Shown here: piece after piece, positions 28,568 through 39,003 of the stretch
Position numbering within the stretch: position 1 is the stretch's first letter
How the letters are laid out: the number at the start of each line of letters is the position of its first letter
Source of the DNA: a virus
Lineage: Duplodnaviria; Caudoviricetes
Length of the DNA stretch: 64,000 nt
Virus record (IMG/VR): IMGVR_UViG_2636415525_000002
Span: 33,425-97,424 of that record
Reading direction: 5' to 3' (one strand)
Notes under the pieces: generated by a model
What the model saw: the letters and a program-made list of their open reading frames with translations, nothing else
Database searches by the model: none
What the model was told of the DNA's origin: nothing
Made by a program: the position numbers and the translations under genes

Positions 28568-29659
28568 TCAGATCCCGTCCCGGTAAGCAGCCGTCGTGCC
28601 GTAGCGCCATTCGACGCGGCCGATACGCGACCAGTAGGTCGTGATCTGGAACAGCGAGCGGTACTCGAGCGGCGTGCGCTGCAGGTCCGTCATCGGGAAC
28701 TGGACGTACTTCTTGTCGCTGTTGTACGCGACCATCCGGTCTACGGTGTTGAGCTGGCCCTGCGTGCCGCCAGCGCCGGCGCCGATCAGCCACTTCAGCT
28801 CGAGGATTTCGAGCGGCGTACCTTGCTGCGTGCAGATGTTGTTCTCGAGCAGGTAAGTCAGGATCGACTTGTTACCGGCGTCGCTGACGATCTGCGAAGC
28901 TGCCCAACCCAGCTTTGCGGGCGGCAACATGAGGCGGTTCGGCTTCACCTTCCAGCCGGACGCTTGCCATGCCGACGTCAGGATCTCGTTGACGTCCTTG
29001 AGGATCTCCTTCGGCGTCTTCGTCTCCCACTGCGGGGTACCGGCCGCGCCGTTCGCCACGTTCGAAACGCTCCCGACCGCGCCGACCGAATTCACCAAGC
29101 CGGTGAAGTTCATCTGCGGATCGCCGTAGTAGACGATCTGGTCGAGGTCCATGTTGCGCTTCATGTTCATCGCCTCGACCTTCTGCGAGTCGATGGGCAT
29201 GCCGAGCGCTTGTGACTTGATCAACTCGGGCACCGTGTACTTGACTTCGGCGCCCCAGAGCAGCATCGGTTGTGCGGTCTTGCCGATGTCGACCGACGGG
29301 CCTGCCAGCGCGTTGCCCTCGTTCGAGATCCAGTTCAGCCCGTTCGGGTTGATGCCGCCGCTCATCCCGAACGCCGAGTTCGTGAACGACGCGACTTCGT
29401 CGGCCGCCGACACGTCGCTGCGAATGTAGATGTCGCGCGACCACGTGTACTCGACGAGCGGCTCGTTGAGCGTCGGGTCGAGGCGTTCGAGCTGGCCGAC
29501 GAGGAACGCGCCGGTCGAGTCGATCGTCGCGCGATCGTAGGTGTATTGCTGGTCCTGCGTGCGCGCGCGGACGAGTCGGCGCGTCGCGTCCGCAACGGCC
29601 GCCGACATCGGGATCGACGCCCCGGCCCGGCGCAGGTGCTTCAGTTCGGACATGTCCAT
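28568..29659 (-). CDS. Major capsid protein (DUF2184-like)
   Basis: GAFLVGQLERLD, DQIVYYGD, final YRDGI. Confidence 0.9.
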   Translation of the reverse strand: MDMSELKHLRRAGASIPMSAAVADATRRLVRARTQDQQYTYDRATIDSTGAFLVGQLERLDPTLNEPLVEYTWSRDIYIRSDVSAADEVASFTNSAFGMSGGINPNGLNWISNEGNALAGPSVDIGKTAQPMLLWGAEVKYTVPELIKSQALGMPIDSQKVEAMNMKRNMDLDQIVYYGDPQMNFTGLVNSVGAVGSVSNVANGAAGTPQWETKTPKEILKDVNEILTSAWQASGWKVKPNRLMLPPAKLGWAASQIVSDAGNKSILTYLLENNICTQQGTPLEILELKWLIGAGAGGTQGQLNTVDRMVAYNSDKKYVQFPMTDLQRTPLEYRSLFQITTYWSRIGRVEWRYGTTAAYRDGI

Positions 29660-29729
29660 GTAATGGCTCCAGAAATGCAAAAGCCCCGCGGTTGCGGGGC
29701 TTCGGGGTGAAGCGCTGTTCAGCGCCGGA

Positions 29730-30236
29730 TCAGATGTTGACGGCGATTTCGGCGATGCCGTACGAGTCGGCCGGGCCGGTGAAATACCAATTCGCCGGCA
29801 TCGCGACGGTGTTCGTGCCGTCCGCCGCCGCCTCGAAACCGCCGAGCGGCTTGCCGGCAGCTGCGGCCGCGACGCGCACATACACCGTGCCGTTCTTCGT
29901 GGCCGGCGCGGTGCCGCCCAGAACGACATCGACGTAGCCGCGCTTCAGGATGTCGGTCGGACCGCTGGTCGGCGGCGTCGACGTGCCGAGCGGGTCCGTG
30001 CCGTTGCCCTGGATCGGGTACGCACGCAGATTCACGCCATACACGGTGTCGGCCGTGTCAGCCGCGTTGTTGATCGGCTGAATCTTGCCGTTCACCATTT
30101 TCACGGGAACGCCGAACGCCGTCGGCGGTGCTGCCGGGTCGATCAGCTGCGTTTCGATCGTGGCGACTTCAGCACGCTGGAGATCGCCGGCAAAACCTGC
30201 CGGCATGCGGTATTGATAAGCTTGCAACGAGGGCAT
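29730..30236 (-). CDS. Head decoration/cement protein
   Basis: RMPAGFAGD; lies between protease and capsid genes. Confidence 0.75.
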   Translation of the reverse strand: MPSLQAYQYRMPAGFAGDLQRAEVATIETQLIDPAAPPTAFGVPVKMVNGKIQPINNAADTADTVYGVNLRAYPIQGNGTDPLGTSTPPTSGPTDILKRGYVDVVLGGTAPATKNGTVYVRVAAAAAGKPLGGFEAAADGTNTVAMPANWYFTGPADSYGIAEIAVNI

Positions 30237-30245
30237 GTCGGCTCC

Positions 30246-31694
30246 TTACTTGCGGACCTTCCAGAATTCCGCGTGGATTGCGTTGATGTCTTTCCGCTCG
30301 GCCTGAGCGGAATCGTTCGTCCGGCGCTGTGTGACTCCGGAGTTCTTGCTGCGCACGATCTCCGACGCTGCATTGAAGAACGCCGTCACGGAATCGCAGG
30401 TCATGTTCGCGACGTTCGCGCCGCCGACCACCGACTTGACCAGTTCGGCGTTCTCGTTGTCCAGCGCGGCGCGCAGCGCGCGGCGGCGCAGCACGCAGAT
30501 GGCGTCGACCGTCTTCTTGCGGACCGCCTTCGCATCGAACGTCGGCAGTCGAACGCCCGGCGCGAGGATCTCGGCGCGCGAGAGCGCATCCTGGAACTGG
30601 TCGCGCAGCGCGGTGCTGTCACCGGTCTTCGCAGCCTTCGGATCGGGATCGTCGTCCATCGTCGCGCCGGGATCGTCGTCCGGATTGGGATCGTCATCGC
30701 CCGTCGGCGTACCGCCGCCTTCGAGCTTCGTCACGCGATCGGCGAGCGCATCGATCTTGCCGTTGGTGGCTTGGATCGCGTCGAGCACCTGCTTGAGCGG
30801 ATCGCCTTCACCACCGCCGGCGCCGTCGTCACCAGTCGCGGAGACACCCGCCTTCGGATCGGTGCCGGTACCGGGCATGTGGATGTGAATCTGGGGTTGG
30901 CCGTCGCCACCCTCGCCGCCTTCGTCGCCGGTCATCTCGCTCGCGACCTTCTCGAACGCTTCGGAATCGCGCGTCATGAACGCCTTGCGCAACGCGTCGA
31001 CGAACTTGGAGCCTTTCTTGGTTGCCATGCTTGCATCTCCTGTCGGGAGTAGGTTGGAACTGCCATCCCCGATCGAACACACGGGGCCACAGCGGGCGCT
31101 TTTCACGAGGGCGACGTGGTTGCCCACGATCACCACCTGTCGCGCCCGCCCAGGCGCAATCTGTTCGTAGTCGGCGTCGTAGCCGTTGCTGACCTGCGTG
31201 AGCGCGTCTGCGCCCTTGCTCTGGACGCGGCGGATTGCCTCGACGTCGGCGATCAGCAGGTCGGCGAGCATCAGCTCAGCCTGGTCGCCTTCGCCTCGCC
31301 GTACGTTGCGAACCGTGCCGCGCGCCACCGACATGTAGTTCGCCGGCGTCACGAAATCCGGCGGATGGTCGATCGTGATCGGCTTGCCCTCGAAGCTGGC
31401 GAGCGTCTCGGGGCTGAACAGCACGTCGGCCGTGCGCTCGGCGACGATGACGCCGTCCTTCGCCTCGATCTCCGGCAACTCGAAGTAGGCATAGTCCTGC
31501 GCGCCGACGCGCGCGATCGGCACGGCCTCGCAGAGCAGGAAACCTTCCGGCGTGATCGACTGCCGCTCGCCGAGCTGCTCGGCCGCGTACAAGCCCGACG
31601 CGGTGATGCCATCGCGGGTATGCGCGCGAGCGCGCGCGGCACCGGCACCGCAACTGCAGGCGTGGTCCGCCGTAGGAATTCGAATGGTCCGCAT
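30246..31694 (-). CDS. Prohead protease/scaffold (DUF2213-like)
   Basis: TPEGFLLC, SFEGKPITIDHP, VSNGYDA, GNHVALV. Confidence 0.88.
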   Translation of the reverse strand: MRTIRIPTADHACSCGAGAARARAHTRDGITASGLYAAEQLGERQSITPEGFLLCEAVPIARVGAQDYAYFELPEIEAKDGVIVAERTADVLFSPETLASFEGKPITIDHPPDFVTPANYMSVARGTVRNVRRGEGDQAELMLADLLIADVEAIRRVQSKGADALTQVSNGYDADYEQIAPGRARQVVIVGNHVALVKSARCGPVCSIGDGSSNLLPTGDASMATKKGSKFVDALRKAFMTRDSEAFEKVASEMTGDEGGEGGDGQPQIHIHMPGTGTDPKAGVSATGDDGAGGGEGDPLKQVLDAIQATNGKIDALADRVTKLEGGGTPTGDDDPNPDDDPGATMDDDPDPKAAKTGDSTALRDQFQDALSRAEILAPGVRLPTFDAKAVRKKTVDAICVLRRRALRAALDNENAELVKSVVGGANVANMTCDSVTAFFNAASEIVRSKNSGVTQRRTNDSAQAERKDINAIHAEFWKVRK

Positions 31695-31735
31695 CTGGGT
31701 CGAAATTGGATGTACGTCGTTGATTCGACAGGTAA

Positions 31736-31840
31736 TTCTCAAGTCGTGAGGACTTGGCTATAATGCGTACTGGGACGGTCGCCGGAGGTGAGCCGACTGC
31801 CGAAAGGCAGGGGGTGCCTTATTTAAACGACGGCCGGCCC
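31736..31840 (+). ncRNA. Putative promoter plus ~70-nt structured RNA convergent with 31840-32361
   Basis: TTCTCA-17-TATAAT (31759); 31772-31784 pairs with 31828-31840 (11/13) around CTGCC-GAAA-GGCAG. Confidence 0.35.
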
Positions 31841-32361
31841 TATTCCCCTTCCCGCACCAGGCCTTGGTTGTAGTACCGATGGCCGTCGTAGAACACCTTC
31901 ACCGTGATCACCGCCCGATAGTTCTTGCCGTCCAGCTTGAGCGGAGCTGAGTACGTCTCGACCGCCTTGACGTTCGGGTCGCCGCGCTTATCGGGCTGCG
32001 AATCAATGAGTCGAGCCTTCGTCAACAGGTCGGGCAGAGCCGGGATCGAGCGCAGCACCTCATCGTGGCCGGTCGCGACGGTGTGCCGGATCCCGCCGTT
32101 CGTCACTTCGATCTGGTTGCCTGTCGCCGCATTCTTGAACTTCTTCCCAGCGAACTGCTTGCCGTAGGCGATGGCCTTCTGGCGCAGCTCCTTCATGCTG
32201 GTGAAGTCGCCAAGCTCGTCGCCTTTCAGCGACGTCGGCGCAGCCGCCGCTGCCCCGGTGCCACCACCTGATCCGAACTGTCCGTTCGCAGCGCGCGGAT
32301 GCTTCGATTCCTCCCACGACGTGTCATACGTGTGGAAGTAGATATGCAGGTGCTTTGCCAT
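31840..32361 (-). CDS. LPD3/BECR-fold-like protein with N-terminal HPRxxxGxF motif
   Basis: WEESKHPRAANGQFGS; GIRHT...IPALPDLL...YRAVITVK...YY. Confidence 0.6.
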   Translation of the reverse strand: MAKHLHIYFHTYDTSWEESKHPRAANGQFGSGGGTGAAAAAPTSLKGDELGDFTSMKELRQKAIAYGKQFAGKKFKNAATGNQIEVTNGGIRHTVATGHDEVLRSIPALPDLLTKARLIDSQPDKRGDPNVKAVETYSAPLKLDGKNYRAVITVKVFYDGHRYYNQGLVREGE

Positions 32362-32441
32362 GGGCCTGTCGGGTCATGCGGGCTCGGCCCGGCAACTACT
32401 CAAAACGAAGGCCAACGACCGGCCCCTCTCATCTCGCAACA

Positions 32442-33197
32442 TCAAGCCGACGGCAAAACCACTTCCGCCCAGCATCGGCAGTTGTAGATGCAGCCCGGAT
32501 GCGCCCGCGCGCCGGTCCGCTTGTCTGCGATCGGTGGTTTGTCCCACGTGAAGAACTTTCCTTCGAGTTCGCGGTGGTCCTCGCGCACGTCCGAGTCTCC
32601 CGACGTCCGCCAGAAATATCCCGGGCTGCCGACGTCGAGCGCACGCGCCTCGGTAAGGGTCGCGGCTGTGCGGCTGACCTCGGTTCTCGCGATGGTGTCC
32701 GCCCGGCTTTTCGCGACCTGCCCGGACTCCTGAATCGCCTTCGAGATCTGCGCGGCGCGCGTGCTGTCGACGATTCCTTCCAGCGTCAGCCGGTGCACGC
32801 GCTCGGCCGCGTCGAGTGGGATCGACTTGATCAAGCGCACCTGCTCGGACAGGAGCGCACGCATCGTCTCGCCGGTGGCGGCGCCGCGAATCTCTTCGCG
32901 CAGCGCGCGCGACATGTCGGCGGCCTGCTTCATCCACATCTGCTCGTCGCGCCGGTTCAGGTCGGCGATCATGCGCGCCGCCGTCGCCTCGGCCCATGGC
33001 GCGAGCGCCTCGGCGTACCGCCGCAGCAGTTCCTCGATCGTCGGCGCATACGACGCGTCATCGGCCGGAAAGCCGTTCACGAGCACGCCCACCTGGTGGG
33101 CGATCTTTCGAAGCTGGCCGCCGTACTGCCGCTCGGCACCGCTCAGCCGGATAGGGTTCTTGCGCCGGTCGCGCTTTCGATCGAGGGTGAGGATCAT
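32442..33197 (-). CDS. MuF/SPP1 gp7-like minor head protein
   Basis: RADTIARTEV, WRTSGDSDVREDH, HPGCIYNCRC. Confidence 0.9.
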   Translation of the reverse strand: MILTLDRKRDRRKNPIRLSGAERQYGGQLRKIAHQVGVLVNGFPADDASYAPTIEELLRRYAEALAPWAEATAARMIADLNRRDEQMWMKQAADMSRALREEIRGAATGETMRALLSEQVRLIKSIPLDAAERVHRLTLEGIVDSTRAAQISKAIQESGQVAKSRADTIARTEVSRTAATLTEARALDVGSPGYFWRTSGDSDVREDHRELEGKFFTWDKPPIADKRTGARAHPGCIYNCRCWAEVVLPSA

Positions 33198-34660
33198 CGA
33201 CGTCGGAAAAGCCTGCGAAGCAGAGAATCGTTCGTGCGCGCGGCCGCGCCGGGCGCCGGGCCGAGCGGAAGCGCCGGATCGATACCCGGCGGGTCTTCGC
33301 CCTCTTCATCGCGCTCGGCCTGCTCGATCGCTTCGTCCGGGATGTCGCCGAACATGCCGGTGTCGGGGGACGACGCCTTCAGCTCGCGCATGCCCTGGCT
33401 ACGCGGAATCAGGTCGGCGTCGACGGCCTTCGTCACCGAGTCGACCGTCTTGTTGCCGATCTCCGCCTTCTCGGCGGCCGACATCTCCTGCAGCGGGTTG
33501 AACTCGTACGAGAAGTCCTCGGGCAACGGCTGGCCGATCTCCGACCGGCACATCACGTCGAGCAGCCCATGCAGCGGGTTGCGCATCCGACGCTCCTGCC
33601 GCGTGTGTACCTTCTCGTGATACAGCAGGCGCGACCCTTCGCCGGTGTCGCTCAGGCCGGCCGGCTGCTGGCCGAACAGGCGATCGAGCGGAATGCCCGT
33701 CGCGCCGCTGAGCTGCATCGCGAACTGGAGCAAGACGTCGGACAGGCCACTGAACGCGTACTGGTGAGTCTCGAACTTGTCGGTCGCGTCGATGAGGGTG
33801 ATGCCCTCGTTCGACTGCCCGAGCCGGATCATCTCGACCTGCTTCAGCAGGCCGTTGAGTGCCGGGCCGCCCGCCGCGATGATCTCGCGCAGCTTCTCGA
33901 CGCTCAGCGTGCGCAGATGCGCCTTGTAGACGAGCTGCCCGGCGCCGACCGTCGCGCTATCGAACGCGATAAGCCGGTCCCACATCGGCTCGAGGATCGA
34001 TAGGCCCCAACCGTTCTCGCTGATGCGCTGGTAGTACGGCAGTGCTTCGCCGTCCATGCGCAGCACGCGCGAGTGGTGAATGCGCCCCTGCGGCAATCCG
34101 ATCGTCGTCGGCAGCACGTCGTAGAACTTCGGCATGCCGAGATCGGGGCCGAACTCGGTCACGACCTCGCCGACCGGCGGCGCAACCATCCAGCGGTCGA
34201 GCACGAGCAGGCCCTTGAACTGACCTTTCCCGATCGTCTCGCGCCGAAGCGGCTGCGACATGTCCTGGCCGTCGATCAGCATCACCGCGATCGCACCGCC
34301 GTACAGCTGCGCCCACTTGCCGGTGTCGCAGAGCTGGTCCCAGATCGCCTTGCGCGTAAGCGCCGTCTCCATCTTCGACACGTCGGTCGGATCGAGGCCG
34401 GACATCTCGATGCCCTTGCGGGTCATGTCCTCCGGGATCGCGTCCACTGCGGCGCGCACGATCCACGAACCGCGATACGCCGCCTCCAACCAGACGCGGT
34501 TGCGGCTCTGGTACGTCAGCGTGTACTGCGCCGCCGACGCCTGGTTGTCGGCGCCCCATCCGAGCCGCGCTTCGAAGTTGGCGAACGAGTCGACCGTGCG
34601 ATGGGCGTGCGTCGCCGCCGGCGCGCGCGGCGGCCGGGTCTGTTGCTTCCGTTTCGACAT
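33194..34660 (-). CDS. Portal protein (DUF1073-like)
   Basis: IHHSRVLR, TGIPLDRLFGQQPAGL; follows terL. Confidence 0.9.
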   Translation of the reverse strand: MSKRKQQTRPPRAPAATHAHRTVDSFANFEARLGWGADNQASAAQYTLTYQSRNRVWLEAAYRGSWIVRAAVDAIPEDMTRKGIEMSGLDPTDVSKMETALTRKAIWDQLCDTGKWAQLYGGAIAVMLIDGQDMSQPLRRETIGKGQFKGLLVLDRWMVAPPVGEVVTEFGPDLGMPKFYDVLPTTIGLPQGRIHHSRVLRMDGEALPYYQRISENGWGLSILEPMWDRLIAFDSATVGAGQLVYKAHLRTLSVEKLREIIAAGGPALNGLLKQVEMIRLGQSNEGITLIDATDKFETHQYAFSGLSDVLLQFAMQLSGATGIPLDRLFGQQPAGLSDTGEGSRLLYHEKVHTRQERRMRNPLHGLLDVMCRSEIGQPLPEDFSYEFNPLQEMSAAEKAEIGNKTVDSVTKAVDADLIPRSQGMRELKASSPDTGMFGDIPDEAIEQAERDEEGEDPPGIDPALPLGPAPGAAARTNDSLLRRLFRRR

Positions 34661-34680
34661 TCCGGGAAATCCTGTCGTGC

Positions 34681-36234
34681 TCAACCGGCAAGCCGCTCCC
34701 AGACCGACAGGTCCTTCGCGCCTCCCAGCATGTCGTTGATTGCGTCGACCATTGGATCGATCTGGTCGTCGTGCATGTGCGTGTCGTCAGCCGTGAACGA
34801 ATCGCACTCGGTCAAGAAGTCGCTGACCCATGGGGCATCCAGCGGTACGCCGACGTTGCCGGCGTCGATGTGGCTGACGACGTCCATCACGCGCGTCAGC
34901 TTGTCCTTCACGCGCTCGATGCCCTCGATCGGGATGCCGCCCTCGGCCTGAATGTCTTGGATCAGCCCGGTACCGCTGGACTTGTCCTCGACCTTCATCT
35001 GGCGTAGCACCGGCGCGCCCGGATCGTCGGCGCCGATGGCCGCATGCTTGTTCCAGAAGTCGATCGCGCGGCGCTTCAGCTCGGGCGCCTTCCACTTCCC
35101 GCGCACCAGGTCGATCAGGTACAGACGGTTGTCGTACCCAAGCCCCCAGCACTCGAAGACGCTGTAGTCGTTCCGCTCGGCAGTCTTCTGCGCCGTGTCG
35201 GCGAAGATCTTCCGGTACTGGAGCTGCGGCAGCGCGCCGTAGCGCAGGAACTTGCCGCTCTGGATGATCCCGCCGCCCAACGGCGACGGCCTCTGCATGT
35301 ACTGACCGTTGAAGACGTACGGGTCGGCCTTCTCGGACGCGAGCAAGTCGTGCAGCGGCTCCTTGTACGGCCAGTAGCTGAACCGGCCGTCCGCATCGCG
35401 CTCCGTACATTCGACGCGCTCGCGCACGTGCACCGGCAGCTTCTCGACGTACGCGTCGGTGATCAGCGCCGGGATCTCGATGAACTCCCACTCGCCTGGC
35501 AACTTGCCGGACTTGATGAACCCGGTCGGGTCTTCCTCGGCGAGCCGCTGCATGATCACGATGATCGGCGTGTCCGGATTCGCCTTCCGGCTCTTCACGG
35601 TCGACAGCAGCTTGCGGTTCGCCTTGTTGCGGTTCGTCTTGCTGTACGCGTCCTCGACCTTCAGCGGGTCGTCGATGATGATCGCGCCCTGCCAGCCTTC
35701 CGCCATGTGGCCGGCCCGGAAGCCGGTGATCTGGCCGCCGAGCGACACTGCGTAGACGCCGCCCGCCTTCTTCCCGCCGACCAGGACGTTCCAGCGCTTC
35801 TTCGACTTCGCGTCGTCTGCGATCTCCAGAGGCCAGAGCGCCTGGTATTCGGCGGACGCGACGATGTCGCGCGCCGCCTCGCTGTTCAGCAGCGCCAAGT
35901 CGTCCGAGTACGAGATGTGCAGGAAGCGCGCGCGCGGGTTCAGCGCCAGCCCGCGCGCGATGAGGTTGATCGCGACGAGCTCAGTCTTCGACGAGCCTGG
36001 CGGCACGTTGATGACGACGTTCTTCAGCTTGCCGTCGATCACGCGCTGGACCGTGTCGGCAATCAGCACGTGGTGCCAGTTGACGCGGAACTTGATCGCC
36101 TGGCGGTGCTTGAAGAAGTACCGGCTGAAGAACAGGTGATCCCGCTCGCACTTCGCCTTCAGGACGGCCCGCTCGATGGCGGGGTCAATACTCGTCTTCG
36201 AGTTTGGCGACGGCGGCTGCGACCTGGCTTTCAT
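34681..36234 (-). CDS. terL: Terminase large subunit
   Basis: [34 protein letters not shown]. Confidence 0.93.
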   Translation of the reverse strand: MKARSQPPSPNSKTSIDPAIERAVLKAKCERDHLFFSRYFFKHRQAIKFRVNWHHVLIADTVQRVIDGKLKNVVINVPPGSSKTELVAINLIARGLALNPRARFLHISYSDDLALLNSEAARDIVASAEYQALWPLEIADDAKSKKRWNVLVGGKKAGGVYAVSLGGQITGFRAGHMAEGWQGAIIIDDPLKVEDAYSKTNRNKANRKLLSTVKSRKANPDTPIIVIMQRLAEEDPTGFIKSGKLPGEWEFIEIPALITDAYVEKLPVHVRERVECTERDADGRFSYWPYKEPLHDLLASEKADPYVFNGQYMQRPSPLGGGIIQSGKFLRYGALPQLQYRKIFADTAQKTAERNDYSVFECWGLGYDNRLYLIDLVRGKWKAPELKRRAIDFWNKHAAIGADDPGAPVLRQMKVEDKSSGTGLIQDIQAEGGIPIEGIERVKDKLTRVMDVVSHIDAGNVGVPLDAPWVSDFLTECDSFTADDTHMHDDQIDPMVDAINDMLGGAKDLSVWERLAG

Positions 36235-36664
36235 CGACGACGACCGTCCTGTTCTCGATCGGGCCGCCGTTCTCCCCAGTGAGTTCGTGGCGGCGCTTGT
36301 TCGTGAACGCGTCGCCGGATTCCTTCGCAGCCTGCTCGAGCAGCTGCGCCATCAGCGGCAGGTTGTTGCGTCGCTCCGCTTCCGCGACGGCGCGGTCGAG
36401 CGCACGCAGGCGCACCGCTCGGTGCGACACGCCGATGCGCGAGGTGTCCTCCAGGAACTCCTCGCGAGTGCGCTCGAAGATCTCCCGATACTTCTTGCTG
36501 AGCGTCGAACCGGCGCGCTTCGTCGGGTCGTACCGCTCGCACTGCTGCGGCGACACCTCGACGCCGAATTCCTCGCGCACGGCCTTCGCGACGCGCGAGA
36601 TCGTGTCGAAGCATGCGAGCGACTGGACGATGTACACCTTGATCGCGTCGGGAAGTGCTGCCAT
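36185..36664 (-). CDS. terS: Terminase small subunit (DUF2280-like)
   Basis: [28 protein letters not shown]. Confidence 0.85.
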   Translation of the reverse strand: MAALPDAIKVYIVQSLACFDTISRVAKAVREEFGVEVSPQQCERYDPTKRAGSTLSKKYREIFERTREEFLEDTSRIGVSHRAVRLRALDRAVAEAERRNNLPLMAQLLEQAAKESGDAFTNKRRHELTGENGGPIENRTVVVDESQVAAAVAKLEDEY

Positions 36665-36698
36665 AGCGGGAGAAGTTCAGAGAGGGCTATGCGGCGGG

Positions 36699-37250
36699 TC
36701 AGATGTGCGACCAGGTTCGGCCATTCAATATGTCGCGGATCGCTGTCTCTGACACGCCGAACTGCCGTGCAATCCTTGTTTTCTCGCCTCGGCGGCCTAC
36801 AGCCAAATCGCGAATCTCGCGCACCATGGCTTCGGTAAGTTTCGCTTGCCCGTTCGCCTCACCCCTGGCGTCAGCAAGGCCGGCCTCATATGCATGCAGC
36901 GAATTCCCCGATGACGTAACCCATTCCAGATTCCTGAAGTGAGGATTCGTCTTGTCGCCGTCGATGTGGTTCACCTCGGCTCCAACGAACGGCGCAGGCC
37001 CCAGAAATGCGCGCGCAACCAGAATATGAATCATCTGGGTGCGACGCTTCCCGTTTCTGCTCAGATCCACTGATGGGTACGGCCGATCCTTACTGCGATT
37101 GCATGGCTTCAAGATGGAGCCTGCCTTCGCACGCGTTCGCGTCGTCAGACGCTTCACACGACCATAGTCGCTGATAGCGTAGTCCGGAAAGTCCAGCACG
37201 GGCTTCCATCGCTCGGCGTCTACGCAGCCTTCAATATGCACGTTCCGCAT
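36699..37250 (-). CDS. NUMOD4-HNH homing endonuclease
   Basis: WKPVLDFPDYAISDYGRV, IHILVARAF, VNHIDGDKTN...NLEWVT. Confidence 0.88.
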   Translation of the reverse strand: MRNVHIEGCVDAERWKPVLDFPDYAISDYGRVKRLTTRTRAKAGSILKPCNRSKDRPYPSVDLSRNGKRRTQMIHILVARAFLGPAPFVGAEVNHIDGDKTNPHFRNLEWVTSSGNSLHAYEAGLADARGEANGQAKLTEAMVREIRDLAVGRRGEKTRIARQFGVSETAIRDILNGRTWSHI

Positions 37251-37879
37251 GCTTGTGCTATCGATGCGTGAGAGATTGTTGGTCCGGCATTTGCAGCTCT
37301 GACCATTCTGGAAATGTCGCTATCCGGACCACCGGTTCCGTAACGCGCCACGATCCCAACGAACTCGCTGACGTCATGCGCCCGGATTCCCAGCCTGGGA
37401 AACCCATCCTTCGTGAAGGCTGGGGCGCCGAACTCATCCGTCTTCTGAGCGATGTGCATCAATTCGTGCTCGACGAGCGCGCACCACTGCAGGTCGTTGC
37501 ATTCGCGCGCGTAGTGCGCGTCGAGCGTGATGAGGAACGCCGGCACTCGGCCGAACCATTCGAGGAACTGCTGCTCCTGCCTGGCGCGCTGCCAGCCGCC
37601 GGCGCGGATCGTCACCTCTTCGCATTGGCCGACGACGCGCCGCATCTGGCGCACGTTCTCGACCGCCGCCCAGAGGTAGGCGACGTCGGCGTCGATCAGG
37701 TGCTCGTGGTCGGGGTTGTGCAGCAGCGCGCCGTCGCGCAAGAGCGTCTCGTTCACCCACTCGGCGACCCCATCGGCCGGCACGATGCGCCGAACCCAGT
37801 TCGAGTCGTCGAAGAGGATGTCGGGTGGCGCTGGCCGCGCCGCAGCAGATTCGATGACGATCTTCGGCGGCTTCGGCAT
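37220..37879 (-). CDS. Putative phage metallopeptidase
   Basis: LVEHELMHI (HExxH), HDVSEF. Confidence 0.78.
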   Translation of the reverse strand: MPKPPKIVIESAAARPAPPDILFDDSNWVRRIVPADGVAEWVNETLLRDGALLHNPDHEHLIDADVAYLWAAVENVRQMRRVVGQCEEVTIRAGGWQRARQEQQFLEWFGRVPAFLITLDAHYARECNDLQWCALVEHELMHIAQKTDEFGAPAFTKDGFPRLGIRAHDVSEFVGIVARYGTGGPDSDISRMVRAANAGPTISHASIAQACGTCILKAA

Positions 37880-37897
37880 AGCGGTGATGGCGGAAAC

Positions 37898-37933
37898 GAA
37901 AAAGCCCGCTGGCTTGTCGGCTCAGCGGGCTTC
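37898..37933 (-). terminator. Intrinsic terminator at start of late operon (tR'-like)
   Basis: Minus strand AAGCCCGCT...AGCGGGCTT followed by TTT, downstream of Q-like gene. Confidence 0.6.
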
Positions 37934-38008
37934 GGTCGCAACTCTGCAATTTGGCGAAAATTTACACCCTATCCGCCACGTTTGCAAGAGGAATTTTCGC
38001 TGTACCCC

Positions 38009-38668
38009 TTACGCCTCAACGGCCTCCGCGATCGTCACGTTGTTTCGCTCGAAGAGTGGCGTCAGCCGCTTCACGGCCTGATGCTCCAGTTCGAGGAGCC
38101 GCTTCCGGATGATCTGCGCGTTCCGCTCGAGTGTGCGGACCGTGACGTGCGTCTCCTCGGAGATCTCCCGATACGACAGCCCGTCCTGGCGCAGCCGCAC
38201 CTGCGAGTGGGCGGCGATCAGGGCCATGATCGCCTTGCCGTTCGTCACGGTGAGCGACGGTCGCAGGTACGTCCGCATCTCGACCAGCGCCCGCTTCCAC
38301 TCGGCCGACGGCGGGATCCCCGGGTCTGCCGCGCGGGTAGCGCTCGCGGGGCGCGCCGGCATCCCGCAGGCGTAACGCAGCCACACCGCGTTGCGTTCCG
38401 GCTTGAGCAGGTGATTGCGCACCGCCCCGACGACCATTGCGCATTGGGCCCGGATTTCGTCACCGTTCAAGCCTTCGAAGTTGATCGTGCCCGACGAACT
38501 GCCGTACAGGTAGTCGAGGAATTCAGCCTGGCGCGTGCTGAGACGGCCGACCGATTCGAGGATCTGGATCAGCGCAAGGCGGAACTGCTGCTTCTGCCGC
38601 GGCGGCAGCGACGTCACGAGAAAGCTGACGTGCAGCGCCTGCTGCGTGTTCTCGAAGATGGCGATCAC
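38009..38668 (-). CDS. Late regulator, antiterminator Q-like
   Basis: GTG start; C-terminal HTH LSYREISEETHVTVRTLER; position before late genes. Confidence 0.6.
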   Translation of the reverse strand: MIAIFENTQQALHVSFLVTSLPPRQKQQFRLALIQILESVGRLSTRQAEFLDYLYGSSSGTINFEGLNGDEIRAQCAMVVGAVRNHLLKPERNAVWLRYACGMPARPASATRAADPGIPPSAEWKRALVEMRTYLRPSLTVTNGKAIMALIAAHSQVRLRQDGLSYREISEETHVTVRTLERNAQIIRKRLLELEHQAVKRLTPLFERNNVTIAEAVEA

Positions 38669-38994
38669 CGGCCACCCCGCGTCATCATCGCCAGCGCCCG
38701 GCGAGTGTTGAGCTCGGCCATGTAGCCCGACAGGTTGCTCGTGAAGTCCGGCCGGATGCGCGTGTCGACGTGCGCGTCCGGCGCGCGGCAGGTTCCCGCG
38801 AGCGAGTATTCGCGGCCGCGGTGCGAGCTGCGCGAGTCGAGACGCGCGAGCGCGACGTCGGTCGCCAGCAGCTGGCGCACCGACGACAGCGGCGCGCCCA
38901 GCTTCTCGGCGAGGCGGTTCGCCGTGTACCGGCTGCCCGGCCGCATGGCCCCCAGCACCGCGTTGATGGTCAGCTTTCCGTTTTTGGTTTTCAA
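38665..38994 (-). CDS. HTH protein
   Basis: YTANRLAEKLGAPLSSVRQLL. Confidence 0.65.
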   Translation of the reverse strand: MKTKNGKLTINAVLGAMRPGSRYTANRLAEKLGAPLSSVRQLLATDVALARLDSRSSHRGREYSLAGTCRAPDAHVDTRIRPDFTSNLSGYMAELNTRRALAMMTRGGR

Positions 38995-39003
38995 GGTCCG
39001 CTC

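Noticed and set aside
37253-38725. Long antisense ORFs (also 35044-36282, 41903-43207, 32355-33620, 60710-62056)
   Set aside because: Shadow ORFs of high-GC coding sequence opposite well-supported genes; no recognisable motifs.
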